Source of the DNA: the human T2T-CHM13v2.0 reference genome, Homo sapiens
Assembly (NCBI RefSeq): GCF_009914755.1
Contig: NC_060927.1
Length of the DNA: 64,000 nucleotides
Direction: 5' to 3' (one strand)
The notes under the pieces are model-generated. The model made no database searches. It saw only the letters and a list, made by a program, of their open reading frames with translations, and had not been told where the DNA came from. Of the stretch, positions 1 through 13,408 are shown piece by piece (the stretch's first letter is position 1; each line of letters opens with the position of its first letter). A program made the translations under genes and the position numbers.

Positions 1-259
1 CCATCCCTCATGGCACAGTCCTTCATGGCTTCCCTTGGCTAGGGGAGGGAGTTCCCTGACCCCTTGGGCTTCCCAGGTGAGGCGACACCCCACCCTGCTT
101 CTGCTTGCCCTCTGTGGGCTGTACCCCCTGTCTAATCAGTCCCAATGAGATGAACTGGGTACCTCAGTTGGAAATGCAGAAATCACCCCTTCTGTGTTGA
201 TCTCGCTGGGAGCTGCAGGCTGGAGCTATTCCTGTTCAGCCATCTTGCCCAGGAATCCC
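1..259 (-). mobile_element. 5' UTR end of an L1PA (older primate subfamily, roughly L1PA7/8-like); element continues left of the window
   Basis: ggaaatgcagaaatcacc...gggagctgcaggctggagctattcctgttcagccatcttgcccaggaatccc is the reverse complement of the L1 5' terminus, including the YY1 motif aagatggc. Confidence 0.9.
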
Positions 260-565
260 TTTTTTTTTTTTTTTTTTTTTTACGAAGTCTTGCTCTGTTG
301 CCCAGGCTGGAATGCAGTAGTGTGATCTCGGCTCACTGCAACCAACCCCCACCTCCTGGGTTCAAGTGACTCTCCTGCCTCAGCCTCCCAAGTAGCTGGG
401 ATTACAGGTGTCTGCCACCACACCCTGATAATTTTTTGTATTTTTGGTAGAGACGGGGTTTCAGCACGTTGGCCAGGCTGGTCTCAAACTCCTGATCTCA
501 AGTGATCCACCCGCCTGGGCCTCCCAGACTGCTGGGATTATAGGTGCAAACCACCATGTCTGGCC
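260..565 (-). mobile_element. AluS, full length
   Basis: Poly-T, both arms, ends tggcc; directly abuts the L1 5' end. Confidence 0.95.
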
Positions 566-867
566 TATTTGTTTTTTATGCCCATAAGAAACAACAGTGA
601 AGGAACTGCAATTCTGAGTGGTTGAGTGACTTGTATGCAATCGTGGAAACAGATGATGGTAGCATCTGAAACATGAAATTCTCTGATTTCACCTCCTCCT
701 CTGCCTTTGTCATGTGCCTAATTCTTACTTGTTCTCAAATGCATTGTAATTTTTGATGGTCACTAAGCCCCATTTCTTTCCCCATATTCTCATCTGAACT
801 CTAATGAGGAGATAGAATATAGACAGTTTAAGGCTTAAAGACCTTGTTCTGAAGTCGGGCTGACAGG

Positions 868-1065
868 GAGTCAATCCAGATTTCCCTCTGGGTGACCTGG
901 AGCAAGTTACTTAACAATCCATGCGTCGGTCTTCCCATTTGTAAACTGGAGGGAGGAGGGGAGGGTTGGATAATAGTATCTCTCTTATTGGTCTGTGTTG
1001 AGGGTTCCATGAGATAATATGGGTAAAATGCTTAGAAGAACATTTGGTATATAGTAAGCATTTGA
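868..1065 (+). mobile_element. MIR
   Basis: gtgacctggagcaagttacttaac...catttgtaaactgg...ataatagta core. Confidence 0.75.
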
Positions 1066-3000
1066 ATTACGCAAGCATCTTTAATAGTTTTGGTAGAAAG
1101 ACCTTGGTTTAGGATTCAGGGACCTGGGTCCTGATACATTTTCCTGATATAAGTCCCCTCCCCTTGCTGAATCTCCTCTTGCTAAATTTCTAAAATCTCT
1201 AATTTTTCTTTGTATTGAATCCTATACCCTTGTAGTACTATATTAGTGTAGCAATTTTCCAAAAGCCATTCATCTTAGAGGGCTAAATGATTTTACCTTA
1301 TCAATTCCTCCTGTGAAAAAATATCTCTAAAGAGGTTTTCTGCTGGAAAATATTGTTGCTGTCACATTGATATGCCAACAAAAGCTAAGCAGGGAGGTCA
1401 GGCCAAGAAATATCTCCCTGCAAGAGAAGGCATCGCACATGTATCTCTCCATGCTATTTAAATTTGCATTCTGCAACATAGAAGGGATAGGCCATGCTGC
1501 AGAAGCCAGGTCCAGGAAACTGCTTTCTTTGGCCTTTACACATCCTTTTGGAGAGATGCTGGTGAAAGCAGCAACTACCATCTGCCTCCTGTTGACTTAG
1601 TGTCAGCAGGTGGAGGGAGGAAGGAGGGCATCGCAGACATCATTCTATTATCTCAACCTTGCTTTCTCGGATCCAAAGGCCAAGAAGTTGCTGCTCCATG
1701 CCCTCAGAGCTCTAATTTGGCACCTCTTCCTGAAATGAGAGCTTGAAAGGGCTTCTGCTCTGGGTGAAACCGGCTCGTGGCCCGGGCCAATTCTGCTGGC
1801 TTCGCGTCTGTCAGTGTGTCCTAATCACTGTTATAAGTGTGGTTCTGCGGAACATCTTGTAAAATATTTTCCTATTGCTCCAGCAACATCTCCTGTCTAG
1901 ACAATCTAATTATGAACACAGAGCAAATAGCTGAAGTGTATGCCGCCCCCAAGGGTTGCATAACTCCAGGAATGGGGCTAGGAAGACAGGAGAGGGAGGT
2001 GTGTGTGATGTTCATTACTTTTTTGTTGACCTGACCAGAAAATTGAGTGCTCCAAAAGAATCTGGCTAACTTTTAATTAAGAAGAAATGATCTGGTGGAA
2101 GCTGGCATTTTGTTGTTTTTCCAAAGTCAGTGGAGGATTAAAGGTACTGATGTGTTTCCCTCTAATCACGTCTTTTTCTTGGCTTCAGAGGTGGTTTGTG
2201 GTCTTTGCTTAAAAAAAAAAAAAGAAAAAAGCCATTGACTTAATAATCTGCCCTCCCAGCAGCATTTTGCAAACAGAAGGCAGCTCTTTTAACTGTATGT
2301 TCTTTCTAAGCAGTAATTTGATTACATTCAGAAAGTCCTTCCTAGGCTTGGCCATGTGGCAGCCATTGTGTACGACAGAGTGGCAAGACATAGCCTCTGC
2401 CACCAAGATGTTCACAGTCTCAATGCGATGCAAACGTATGCACACACATGCTTTAGCCCAAAGCAGGCTTTGGTTAGGGCTCCAGCAGAAAACCAACAGT
2501 GTCATGGGCACAGGAGAGGGAGAAAGAATTGCTACTGGGAGATATGGGAAGGTCTTAGGAAGAAGGTAGAATCTGAGGAGTTTATTACGGGATGAGCCAA
2601 ACTTGGACAGAGAAATAGAGAAAGCAGGACAAGGGCAAGCATAAGCTAATGCCCAACTAGTGTGCTCATGTGAAGTCTCCCAGTTGTCTGGGCCCCAACT
2701 GTTGGGAAAATATGGTGAAAGTTTCTAAATGGTTTTGAATGATGGTATGAGGAGTTTGGGTTTCAGTCATATTAGGATATGAGATTATTGAAGGTTTTTG
2801 GGGAGGAGCCTGAAATGATTGACATTTTGCCTCAAAAAGATAAGAATGGTGACAATATAAGAGATAGTTTGGAGAAAAGAGAAGCTGGACAAAAGGGCCA
2901 GCTAAGGGAGAAATTCTGTCATAGTAGAGTTGGGAAATTCTAAGGATTTGAACTGGGCCAGTGGTTGGGAAAAAGAGAGCATGGGTCTGAGAAGACTTGG

Positions 3001-3078
3001 TATAAGTATAAGTATAAGTATAAGTATAAGTATAAGTATAAGTATAAGTATAAGTATAAGTATAAGTATAAGTATAAG
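3001..3078. repeat. (TATAAG)13 hexanucleotide microsatellite
   Basis: Perfect tandem array, read directly. Confidence 0.97.
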
Positions 3079-3464
3079 ACTTGGTAGAAGTATATGAAGT
3101 ATACGTCTTTGAAATGACTGGATTGGGTTTTTTCTGGTGTGGGAGAGGAAGAGAAGAGGGACAGATAGTAAGCCTACCAGTGGAGGATGCACTTCATGCT
3201 CATTACTGGGGGTGCCTGAGAGGCTATGGGAAGAGAGGTCGGTTGAGACAAACTATTCACTCAAGTGTCATCTGTTGAGCACTTGCTTATGTGCCAGGTG
3301 CTGGGCTGGGCAGTATGATCCCATTGTGCTCAGAGAGTCAGATTTTCTGTTCTCATGGAGCTGACAGTCATGGGGCAAGCAGACAGTCATGAAATAATCA
3401 TGTCTGATAAGTGTAAAATTACAAAAGTGGAAAGCACTTTGAAGGAGAGTTATATGGGGTGTGC

Positions 3465-4005
3465 GAATTATCAATTGCTATGTTTCAACTTACCTGAACA
3501 CTTAGTAGTGTAAAATAAACATTTATTACTCTTCAGTTTGGGGGTCAGGAATATGGATATGGCCTAGCTGGGTCCTGCCACAGAGCTTCAATCAAAGTGT
3601 TGGGGCTGGGGGATGCTGTGGCATCTCAGGGCTTATCTGGGGGAAGATCACTTTCAAACTCACGCACACAGCTGTTGGCAGGCCCAGGGCCTTGCTGGCA
3701 GCTGGCCAGAGGTATCAGTTCCTTGCCATGTGGGCCTTTCCGTGAGGCTGCTGACAGCATGGCTGTGGACTTCCCTCAGAGATGGCAAGAGAGAGAGCAA
3801 GAGAGAGAATGAGACGTTGAGCAAAATAGAAGCCACAGATTTTGGTAACCTAATCCCAGGAATGACATCTCTGCACTTCTGCCACATTCTGTGTCATAGA
3901 TGCAAGTCACTAAATCCAGCCCACACTCCTGGGGAGGCTCTTCCAGAAGGGCAGGAAGACTGGGAAGTAGGCATTATTAGAGGCTGCCTTAGGGCAAGCC
4001 TGCCA
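3465..4005 (-). mobile_element. MLT1 (ERVL-MaLR) LTR
   Basis: attgctatg...aaaataaacatttatta...ggtcaggaa...agctgggtcc...cacttctgccacattctg...aagtcactaaatccagcccacactc, typical antisense MLT1. Confidence 0.75.
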
Positions 4006-6309
4006 CTTTCAGGATTTCAGCTTTTATGACAGAATTTTGACCAAAATTGCAGGGGGAAAGATCCAGAAAGACTTTTCTAAAGAAGAAATTTTGGTATTGT
4101 GATCAGAATGATGAGTAGGAGTTAAGGAGATGAAGGGGGTTATGGGGTGAATGTTTCAGGGAGAGAGAAGAACAGAGAGAGCTTGGTGCCTCCGAGGAAC
4201 TGTAAATAGGCCAGCACAACTTGGACCTGCTAGATCCCAAGAACCTGAAGGACATCAAAGTGGAGATTAGTTTTGTATTTAGGTGTTGATGAGCTATGGC
4301 CATTTTGGAGGAGCTAGAATAATTCTGCTTTTATCTGTTGCTTGTGCTGGCATTCACTACAGTGTAAAGGGGTTCACAGTTAAAACTAGTTTGAAAGCAC
4401 TTACTATAAACTGTGGGGACATCTCTGGAATTGCTGAGAAATGGGTTTGATTCAGTGTATAAAGTAAATAAAATTGCCCACTTATCTCTCAGGATAATTA
4501 CTTATTGTGTAATGAGATAATACGCATAAATCACCTGGGGTTTCTTGGGGAATGGTATTATATAAACACAGGGCTTTATCAGTGATGCTGGAAAGATTTA
4601 AAGGATTAAAATCAGAAGTGCATCTTGATGCTATGGCATTTCACTCCAAACTAAGAGACGTGTGAAGGTTGCATGACTTCTTGAGAAGTATTTCAGTTTA
4701 AGAAATGGAGGCAGCAGGGTTATTGGGAGGTAGTTTGCTCAGGTATAGGCGTGGAGAGGCAGGGTAGGGGCTGGGAAATGCTCTCTTTTTAGCTCATTAG
4801 CTCTGATCAAGAATAGCTTCTACCCTTTTAATTCTGGTTAAGTGAGGGCAACTATTTAGAAATGCCATATGAAGTCTCCACCTCAACTGGAAATAAGAAA
4901 ATTTGAATTCTTATCCCAATTCTCCCTCCAATTTGCTATGTCTTCTTGAGAAAGTTGTTTCCTTTCTCAGAGCCTCAGTTTACTCCTCTGTAACATGAAA
5001 TGGGTTAAATTTGATGCCCTTTAAGTCTCTTCCCTTTCTTGGGTCAATGGTTAACCAAGATTTTATAACCTTCTTTCTAACTTTGCTCCATGAAACAAGA
5101 AAAATAAGAAGCCCTTGTCAGCAAGCAAGAAGTACAATGAGTTTTTGCTTTGGGAAAGTTTACTATTTGTACATGTATTTTATAGACCCAAGGGAAGGAT
5201 GAAATGGGATATGGGAAGATAGACCAAAGTTGGTGTTTGATCTATTTTTCCAGGTTCAACTGACATATTCTTTTTCTTTCTCCTTTTTGTTCTCCTCCTA
5301 CTCTTTTCCTTAGTTCAAATTTCCTGGATCCACCTATACAGTTCATATTTCTTTTTTTTTCATATCATTCCTCCTTTCACACTTTATTAAAAAGATTCAG
5401 CATGGTAGGAAGTGGGTTAAATTATTCTTCATTTAGGTGTGTCTGACTACTAGAGTTTTTTTTCCAATGAAGTGTTCATTTCACCAAAAAGATTTTTTAA
5501 GAAAACACAAAGCACAGCAATTTTTATTAGATAGGAGGTAAGGTGAGAAGTTATTGAACAAGGGCCTAGGTTGTTGTCTTCCTAAACAGTAACTCCCTGA
5601 TTTCTTATCCCTTCCTTCCCCAAATATTCAGTCAGTAAATAATATAAAATCCCACAGTATTTTTCTTCTTCAAATGAATCATTATTTTTAGAAATATTTC
5701 TGCAATTCATAACATTCAGCATAAGAATCCCTGGGTGCAACTGAAATCCAAGAAAAATTGTAAACAGTGCTAGATCACCCAGCATGAAGATAAGCACAGG
5801 GGTAAGACAACAGCAAAACATGGCCAGCAAATAGTGAGAAAAGTTGAATCTTAAAGTACTTATTCAAAAATTTGAAATGTATGAATCTAGAAAGAAGCCA
5901 TTTGAATTTTGACATTCATGAAAGTGTTCTGCTTTGTGGTTTGGTGTGGTTGGTATTTTGATTTGTATATGAATAAGGAGGAAGGCCATAATCTTTAACA
6001 GTGTTCGGAGTCACAGGATCTTAGTATGGTTGTCAATGTGAGTTGTGGAACTGGTAGTAAAGGGAGTCCCCTCTTCTGAAGAGTGGCATTGAGCTAGAGT
6101 CATCACATGATGGGCCTGTCTTCTCCTTCCACTTAGGCAAGAAGCATCAACCTGGACCTTCTCTGTAGAGTGTTTACAGGCATGAATTTAAAAAACCCGA
6201 TTTTCTTTTTCTACCTTTCCGCTTCTACATGACAATCCTGTAAATTCTGTCTCTACAACTTAAATTTTGTCCTCAAACTAGGGGAAGTGTCTGCTAAATT
6301 CTAATGGCA

Positions 6310-6788
6310 TGGTGTTGGCTTCCAGTAACATTCTCCCATCTCTCCTTCTCATAGGATCCCTTAGTTATTGGGGGAAGCCACACACCTATCTGAAACACTA
6401 AATAGCTCAGGCTGCCTTGAATCTAAGTCTGTCCATTTGACTAAGTTCTGGCAAGTTAAAGGCTAGCAGAATAAATGGGACTGCTTAAAAGACTCCTTAA
6501 AAGGCAAGGAAGCACTTTCCTCCATTCCTTCCTACTCCCCCTCCTTCTGTCTGTCATGTGGATGTAATACTACAGCCACCATCGTGAACTGTGGATCTGA
6601 GGACCAAAACTAGGGATGGCAGAGTGGGGAGCGGGAAGGAATGTGGCTTTCTAGTGACTTTGTGGAGCTGCCTTCCACTCCTGTACTGTTCACATTTGGC
6701 CTTCTTCTACCAAGACAAGAGATGCGCAGTTCATCATTAGATGGGACTTTTATTTTATTTGCAGCCAAACCTAGTCCTAACTAGTACC
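6310..6788 (+). mobile_element. Old MLT1 (J/K-like) LTR
   Basis: gatggcagag...gtggagctgcc...atttgcagccaaacctagtcctaactagtac end. Confidence 0.6.
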
Positions 6789-7845
6789 TCCATTGAATAG
6801 GAGAAGGGTTCCTGCCAACTCCCAAAGACCGAGAATGATAAGGGTTGCAGTTTCATTTGGTGTAATGTTCATGTTGTTTAGAAGTCCACGGGCCATGGTT
6901 CCAATCCCAGACTTGTCACTTAATGGCTTTGCTACCGAATTATTTGGAGGCTCATATACTAATTTGTAAAATAGAATTAATATCTACCCCACGGAGTTGT
7001 GGGATTAAATGAGAACACATGAGAAGTGCCAAACTGGTGACTGCCATAGGTGTTCCAAATGTATTAGCTTCCTTTTACTTTCCAATTTGCTTTGCTTTGC
7101 TTTTATTAGGAAGATGTCAGTTCCTCTATGTGTATTATTTAAGGTGTTACAAAATGTTAATAGGCAGCTATATCCTGAGAAGCTAGTGAGTCAGAGTGGG
7201 GCAGTCAGAACTACAGTCTGTACTGTAAGTTCAACAGAAAAGGAGTGTTCATCATTCACTCAACTCAAGGCCTGTTACTCTGTGACAAACTAACGGAGAG
7301 CTGGAGCCAGTTTTCTGGTGGGAATAGGGACATGATGAGTTGGTGTAAGAGAGCCAAAGCCTTAATAATGGGAGACAGGAGATCCGTTTTTGTGATCAAG
7401 AAAGCACATGTGAAAATGCTCATAGGAACAAGATGGTATCTCACAATTCAGGCCAAGCTGAAGGCATGTATAAGATGGGATGACTCTGCAAGTATACAAA
7501 ACAGTGACCTTAAACCCCATAAATGGCTCCCTAAAACACCTATGGTTATATTTTGTATTATTATTGACCATCAGAAGCTGGTTTTAGAGCAAAGCATAAC
7601 TTATAACTAAGAATATTAGGTAATTGATATTCCTTGATCTTTCTAGTTACAAAGTTGTTTCAGCTATTTCATATAGTTACCGTCATTATGCATTTTCCTT
7701 GTGTTTTTTTTTTCCCCTTTATGCTAACTTGGATATTGCTGCACCCAGATCTTGGAAAGGTTAAGTTGAGATAGTTTTAATTTGGTGATTCAACAAATGG
7801 AGGACAATGGTCTAGTTGTCTCTATAGGGAAAGAGAGATAAAATA

Positions 7846-8174
7846 CAGTTATGTATCACACAAAGTTTTGGTCACAGACCACATATATGATGGCAGTCCC
7901 ACAAAATTATATCATATTTTACTGTACCCTATGTTTAGATGTATTTAGATATACAAAAACTTACCACTGTGTTATAATTGACTTCAATATTCAGTACAGT
8001 AACATGCTGTTACATGTTTATAGCATAGGAGCAATATACTCTATACCATATAGCCTAGGTTTGTAGTAGGCTATACCATCTAGCCTTGTGTAGGGTGTCC
8101 AAAAGTAGCCTTGACAAAATAGCCTAATGACATATTTCTAAGATGTATTTCTTTTGTTAAGTGATGCATGACTT
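7846..8174 (+). mobile_element. Tigger3-type (MER7) MITE
   Basis: TA|cagttatgtatc...gatgcatgactt|TA degenerate TIRs; internal tagcctaggtttgtagtaggctataccatctag. Confidence 0.85.
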
Positions 8175-10838
8175 TATACATTGGCCTTGCCCTCAAATAG
8201 CTTGAGATCTAATTGGGAACTAAGAGGGTAAATATATAGAAAACTAATTTTCATATAAAGCATAATCTGACAAAGCCCAAAATAAAGATGTAAGCAACAT
8301 ATTGTGAGAGCATAGACAAGGCAATCGTTTTTAGTGGTGGGAACTGTTGCTAAAGAGACAACAGAATGAAGAATTTTGGTAGAGAGTTATAAAGTGGCTC
8401 ATAAACTGGAGGAAGAGTATGACAAAAAGAATGATATGAAAGTGTGAAAAGTTGTTTAAGTAATCATGACTAGTCTCCTGGGTGACTGGAAAATAGAGAC
8501 AGTAGTGGAAGAGAGGAGAACATGCTCATGGACAGTGTTGAATGGTAAGATAGGAGGTTTTATTTATTTTGATTGACCAACTGACATCATAAAGATTTCA
8601 GAGCATGAAGGCTTATCTTTGTGTCCTTATAGCCTATAGCACAACATTAGTATATGGCAGGCACATTGCTGTATGTGAATGGTGAGTAAATGATTAGAAC
8701 AGGGAGCGGTATGTGGGATGAATTGGAGCACTGAGAAAAGTGTGATCAGGTCTTGGAGTCAGTCCTGGTAAAAGGTGTTGGATGCCTGATCTTGGTGTGG
8801 AAATGAGAGGTTACATATAAGATTCTGAATATCACCCTCTTGTGGACAATACTGATTAATGGTCTTGGAATTCAATGGAGGGAAGTCACTTGGATGGAGA
8901 TAAATTCTGAAAAGAGAATTGCCTTGGAGCTTATGGACTTACCATCCTCAGCAAGGATCAAGTTACATCACATGCTGTGATGAACAGGGCAGCAGGCGAG
9001 GATTTTGTCATGTACACTCTTGACTTCGCCTTTGGGTATCTGTGCCAAGAATGCCCGGGGTTTGATTTTTGGGTGCGGTGCTGTCCACTCACTCTAATGC
9101 CCAGGGAGGCATGTTGACAAGGATGGGTGGCTGATGGGGGATTGCTGAGCTATTTCTTGGCAAATCTCCGTGGGGAGGCGTTCCCCAAATACCACAATCC
9201 TGTTATTTTTGAGTAATGGACTGAACCCAGGTGCCTGATTGGACAGGGCCACTCCCCATTTCTTCCAGATAAATATTTGGTTGCCAGGAGGTTATATTTA
9301 AATGAGAAATACCTCCTTAGGAAGTTGTTGCCTAAGAATTCCTGCAGAGGGCAGGATCCCATCCCTGCTGGGGAATGCCTGAGAAGGGCGCCAAAATTTA
9401 TCCTGTACTCACTATGATACATTTAGTGTGATGGCACCCACTTTGAGGTTCTATAATAGTTTGTATCTCTGAATGACAAGAAAGCTCATCAATGCTAGAG
9501 ATGTTGCATTTCTTCTAGGGAAGGGCTCCTAGTCTTTAGCGTCGTAATAGCAAGATCCTGAAACGCAGATGGAATGTATGTCAGAGATTTGGCTTTTATG
9601 AAAGGAAGGAATCAGTTCTCCAAAAAAGAGCTGAATCTTTTCTGGAACCTGAAGCACCGAGTACAGAATCTAGGAAGCTAGAGACTTTGGATCTTTCAGG
9701 CTTTAGGGTGCTCTTTGTTCTCGCTACTTGTGAACATTGAATGTTGGCTTTTCAAGCCTTGTCAATTTAGCATGTGTATTTTCTCTATGACGAGAACCCT
9801 CTTATTTCATACATTTTCCTCCAGAAAATGGGATATTAAGACTCAACAATTAAATTTCTAACTCTTTGGGCATCATCTGTCTTTAGAAATACAAGAGTTA
9901 ACATCCTGAGGTTTTTTTTTTTCTTTTTTTCTTTTTAAAAAAGAACAAAACAAGAGCTAAAGCACACAGAAAAAAAAGGCACAAGGCAAAACATAAGCAG
10001 AAAAGACTATCACTAACTTTCTTGGTGAAAGTTCAATGTTTTGGGTACTCCAGTAAAAATCCATCCTAAACATACATTTTCCATAACAATGTGTGGTCTC
10101 AAGGTCGTAAACTGTGACTCTCTGTCTCCATGATTTTCTAAATCTTCTTTTAATCACCAGCCATATATTATTTTGTTTTCGTTTTTCACTTTTTGAATCC
10201 TTTTGCATTAGGAGTTGTAATAATATTTGCTGATGTGGATCACTTCATAGAGGGGAGACCTTACTTAGGTGCGCCAGTTTAAATACAAGTGAGAAGAGGC
10301 ATGTTCAAGAAATTGTATTGAGTCCCGGAGCTGTGCAGGGTGTATTTCCTGAGAACTCATCTGGAGGAATGGCATGTGTGCTGGGGATACTTGGCAGAGG
10401 ATTTGTTTCTTCTGATTCATTGCAGAAAAAAAAACCCTGTTAATTATGATGTGTTTAGAGCCTTCCAAGATGCTATAAATATAATTCAAGAAATAAAAGT
10501 AGGTGAGAAGAAATACAAGCTTTTGGAGCTACAAGGGATTTTTCAGCGTTTGCTTTAATCTCCCTCATTTTACAGTGGTCTTAGGGGACTGTGGTCAAGA
10601 ATTCCATGGCAAAGCTGAGAGTAAGACTTAAAGATGGGTAAACAGCTAAGGAGTTTTTTCATTGACCTAAATTTACAAATTCTAGCATTTTTTGGTTTTG
10701 TTCTTTTTATGTCACCAGGAAAAAGGAACATGCTCTGTGGAAACATGGAGGAAATGGAGCATTGGTTGAGTAGATATAGAGTTTTGACTTTTCATAAACA
10801 GGCTCCCTGACGTTGGCTATCTTTTCTCTTCTCTGGAT

Positions 10839-10871
10839 CTTCTTCTTCTTCTTCTTCTTCTTCTTCTTCTT
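10839..10871. repeat. (CTT)n microsatellite
   Basis: Read directly. Confidence 0.9.
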
Positions 10872-11479
10872 TTTTGTCTGTAGAGTAACGAGAGCACAAA
10901 CTAGCTATGTTGTTCAAAGTCCGATCTTCAGAAATAAAATTTGATAATTTAAAATTGCTTTCTGGCTACTTTTAAGAAAAATAATAATAACATGCTGAAG
11001 AGAGAAAAAAAAAAAAGGTCCAGGTGGTTTTACAGAAATTATACCATATTGGAGGGAACATGCCTGGATATCCGTGTCAGGAATTTTGAATTAGATCTCA
11101 TCCCGGCATTGAACTCCTCGTGCCTTTGTAAATTGTTGTGGATGAGGAAAAGGCTTTCAAATTGCTTCTGAGATTTCAAATACATTCTACTTGTCTGAAA
11201 TCCATGCAGTTCCCTTGGGCAGTTGCTGGGTGGCAGCAGAAGTGCTCCAGTGGTAGACTGTGGAACCTCAGAATGGCAGTGCTGGAGGCTGCAGTGTTCC
11301 CAGGCTCAGTCAGCACTGAATGTGGAGCCCAGGTCCCCACGCCAGTGAGGCATGCAGCTGGAATGGCTGGTAGGGCTAGGGTTGGCAGGCAGGGAGATCC
11401 TTTCTTTCCCACTGTTTGTCACTGGCCATGTGAAAAAAGTGGTTAATACAGTAGCCACTACAATGCATTAAATAGCCAC

Positions 11480-11690
11480 TGTGGATGAGACACTGTATTC
11501 GGCTCTTTAAATATGTCATTGTGACTTCAAATATCATCACTATTGGGTGCCATTATGTCCATTTGCAGCTGAGGAAACTGAAGCAGAGAAAGATTAACAA
11601 ACATCCTGAAGGCCACAAAGCTAGCCAGTGCTTTACCTGAGATGAAACACAGATCCGTATGACATTGAAACATGTTTTTTCCTACCATGA
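11480..11690 (-). mobile_element. MIR
   Basis: catttgcagctgaggaaactgaagcagagaaagattaacaa...aaggccacaaagctag. Confidence 0.7.
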
Positions 11691-12589
11691 GACTACTCAA
11701 AATAATGATAATAATAATAATAAAGCCAGCAGCAAAAATCTAAATCTCATTTCTATTTTTATGCTCATGATACGTTAGCATCCTGGAATCTGCAAGGGCT
11801 TTGCTTGCTCATTATTTGATTGGGTACACACACAAACACACACACACTTTCATAGTGAAGGCAGGAGAGTGGTTGACTTTTGATTTTAAAAAGGAAGAAA
11901 CTGAGGCCCACTAGAATGTGAAGTCACTTTACTAAAGTCCTTGGGAAATGATGGTAGAGCTGGGTTTCTTTATTCCTAGGTGAGGTAGGGCGTTTTCTAC
12001 TGTAACACAGTGCCTTGAAGGGATGGGTTGCTTTAGACGAATACATGGGCAATCTTATAAAATCAGTTGGCTCAAAGGTAGAGAAACAGCCCACCTGAGT
12101 GCAGAGTTGAGATGGCCTCTATTCACATGATGGCCTTTGTCTGTCAGCACTAGTTGACTCCTGCCTGTGTTTATGATGATGCCTGTCTCATCTGCAGCTG
12201 TTTGCAGAGTCTTGCATATAGTATATGTCTAACTTAAGCTTGCCCACATGCACATAAAGGAACTGTGAATATGTTGTTTCTTTACTGAAGGCCCTCAGTG
12301 GGTGCCAACATTCAGACAAATCTTGATAAATGTGCCATAGCAGAAAATAGAAAAGAAAGTAATCTAGATATTTTGGGTATTGTGCATGCGTAAGTTTTAC
12401 ATTGTTTATTTTTGGATAGAATTTACACAAGAACTTCTTCTCAAGTCTTGAATATTTGCATCAGAGGAACTTCTAGAACTAGAAAAGACCTTAGAGAGTT
12501 TCTAAGACCCAAAGAGGGAAAGTGACTTATGTAAAGTTAAACACATTTACAGAGACATGGACGACTGAGGTATCCTGATCTTTTGGGGA

Positions 12590-12790
12590 AAAGCATGTGC
12601 TTGGGAACCAAACAAGTGTGGATTTGAATCCCGATTCTCATTTACTTGTGTACTTGTGGTATGATGACATGTTAACTTCTCCGTAGCTCTAAGTCCGATC
12701 TCATCTGTAAAAATAGAGATAAAAAGCAACTACTTTGCTTGGTATCTGGTCAGTCTAAAAGAGTGGGTATATCGAAAAGCCTAATGTGGT
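12590..12790 (+). mobile_element. MIR
   Basis: ggatttgaatcccgattct...ctcatctgtaaaaatagagataa. Confidence 0.7.
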
Positions 12791-13408
12791 GTTTGTGCAC
12801 TCTGCCTTTCCTATATGCGCTGATGCCCCAATCCATTTGTTTTGGATTCTAATGAAATCATGTGTTTTATAGTTTACAGCACAGATGTCCCACATGATAT
12901 AGGAGTACAACTTAGTTCTTGATGGGAAAAACACAGTGCAATCAATCCCTTTATAATTTATTCATGTCATCGTTTAACCATGTTATAGCATGCTTTTCCC
13001 ATATGTAATGCAAGCATCTATTATTATATTTGGGATCTGCTTTGACTTGTATTCCTGAACCTGTATAATTAAGTGTTATATTATAGTGGGCTTCACAGCA
13101 TTGGGTAATGAAAAGAATTCTGGCCTTGTAATCAGCAGAATTTTGTGCCAACTCTGCCAGGACTGGCTGTGTGATTCTAGATGAGTTTCCTTTTGAGGCC
13201 TCAGTATGATAGTTCAGGTGAGCTATAAGTTTCTGATGAGCTTTCAGATTTAATTTGTGTGTATTTTTTTTTCCTACTAATATACATCGAGACTGTTGCT
13301 TATTGTGTCTGTAAAGTGCTTCTCAGGAAATCTGGGCAAGTCTCGTTCTTCAAATCAGCTCAGTAGTAGAAGATTAAGCTGACTTCCCAACCACAGACTT
13401 CTGCCAAG

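Noticed and set aside
2902-3192. (IL)n hydrophobic ORF
   Set aside because: Translation of the TATAAG microsatellite.
3613-4029. 138-aa ORF
   Set aside because: Lies within an MLT1 LTR; no recognisable domain.
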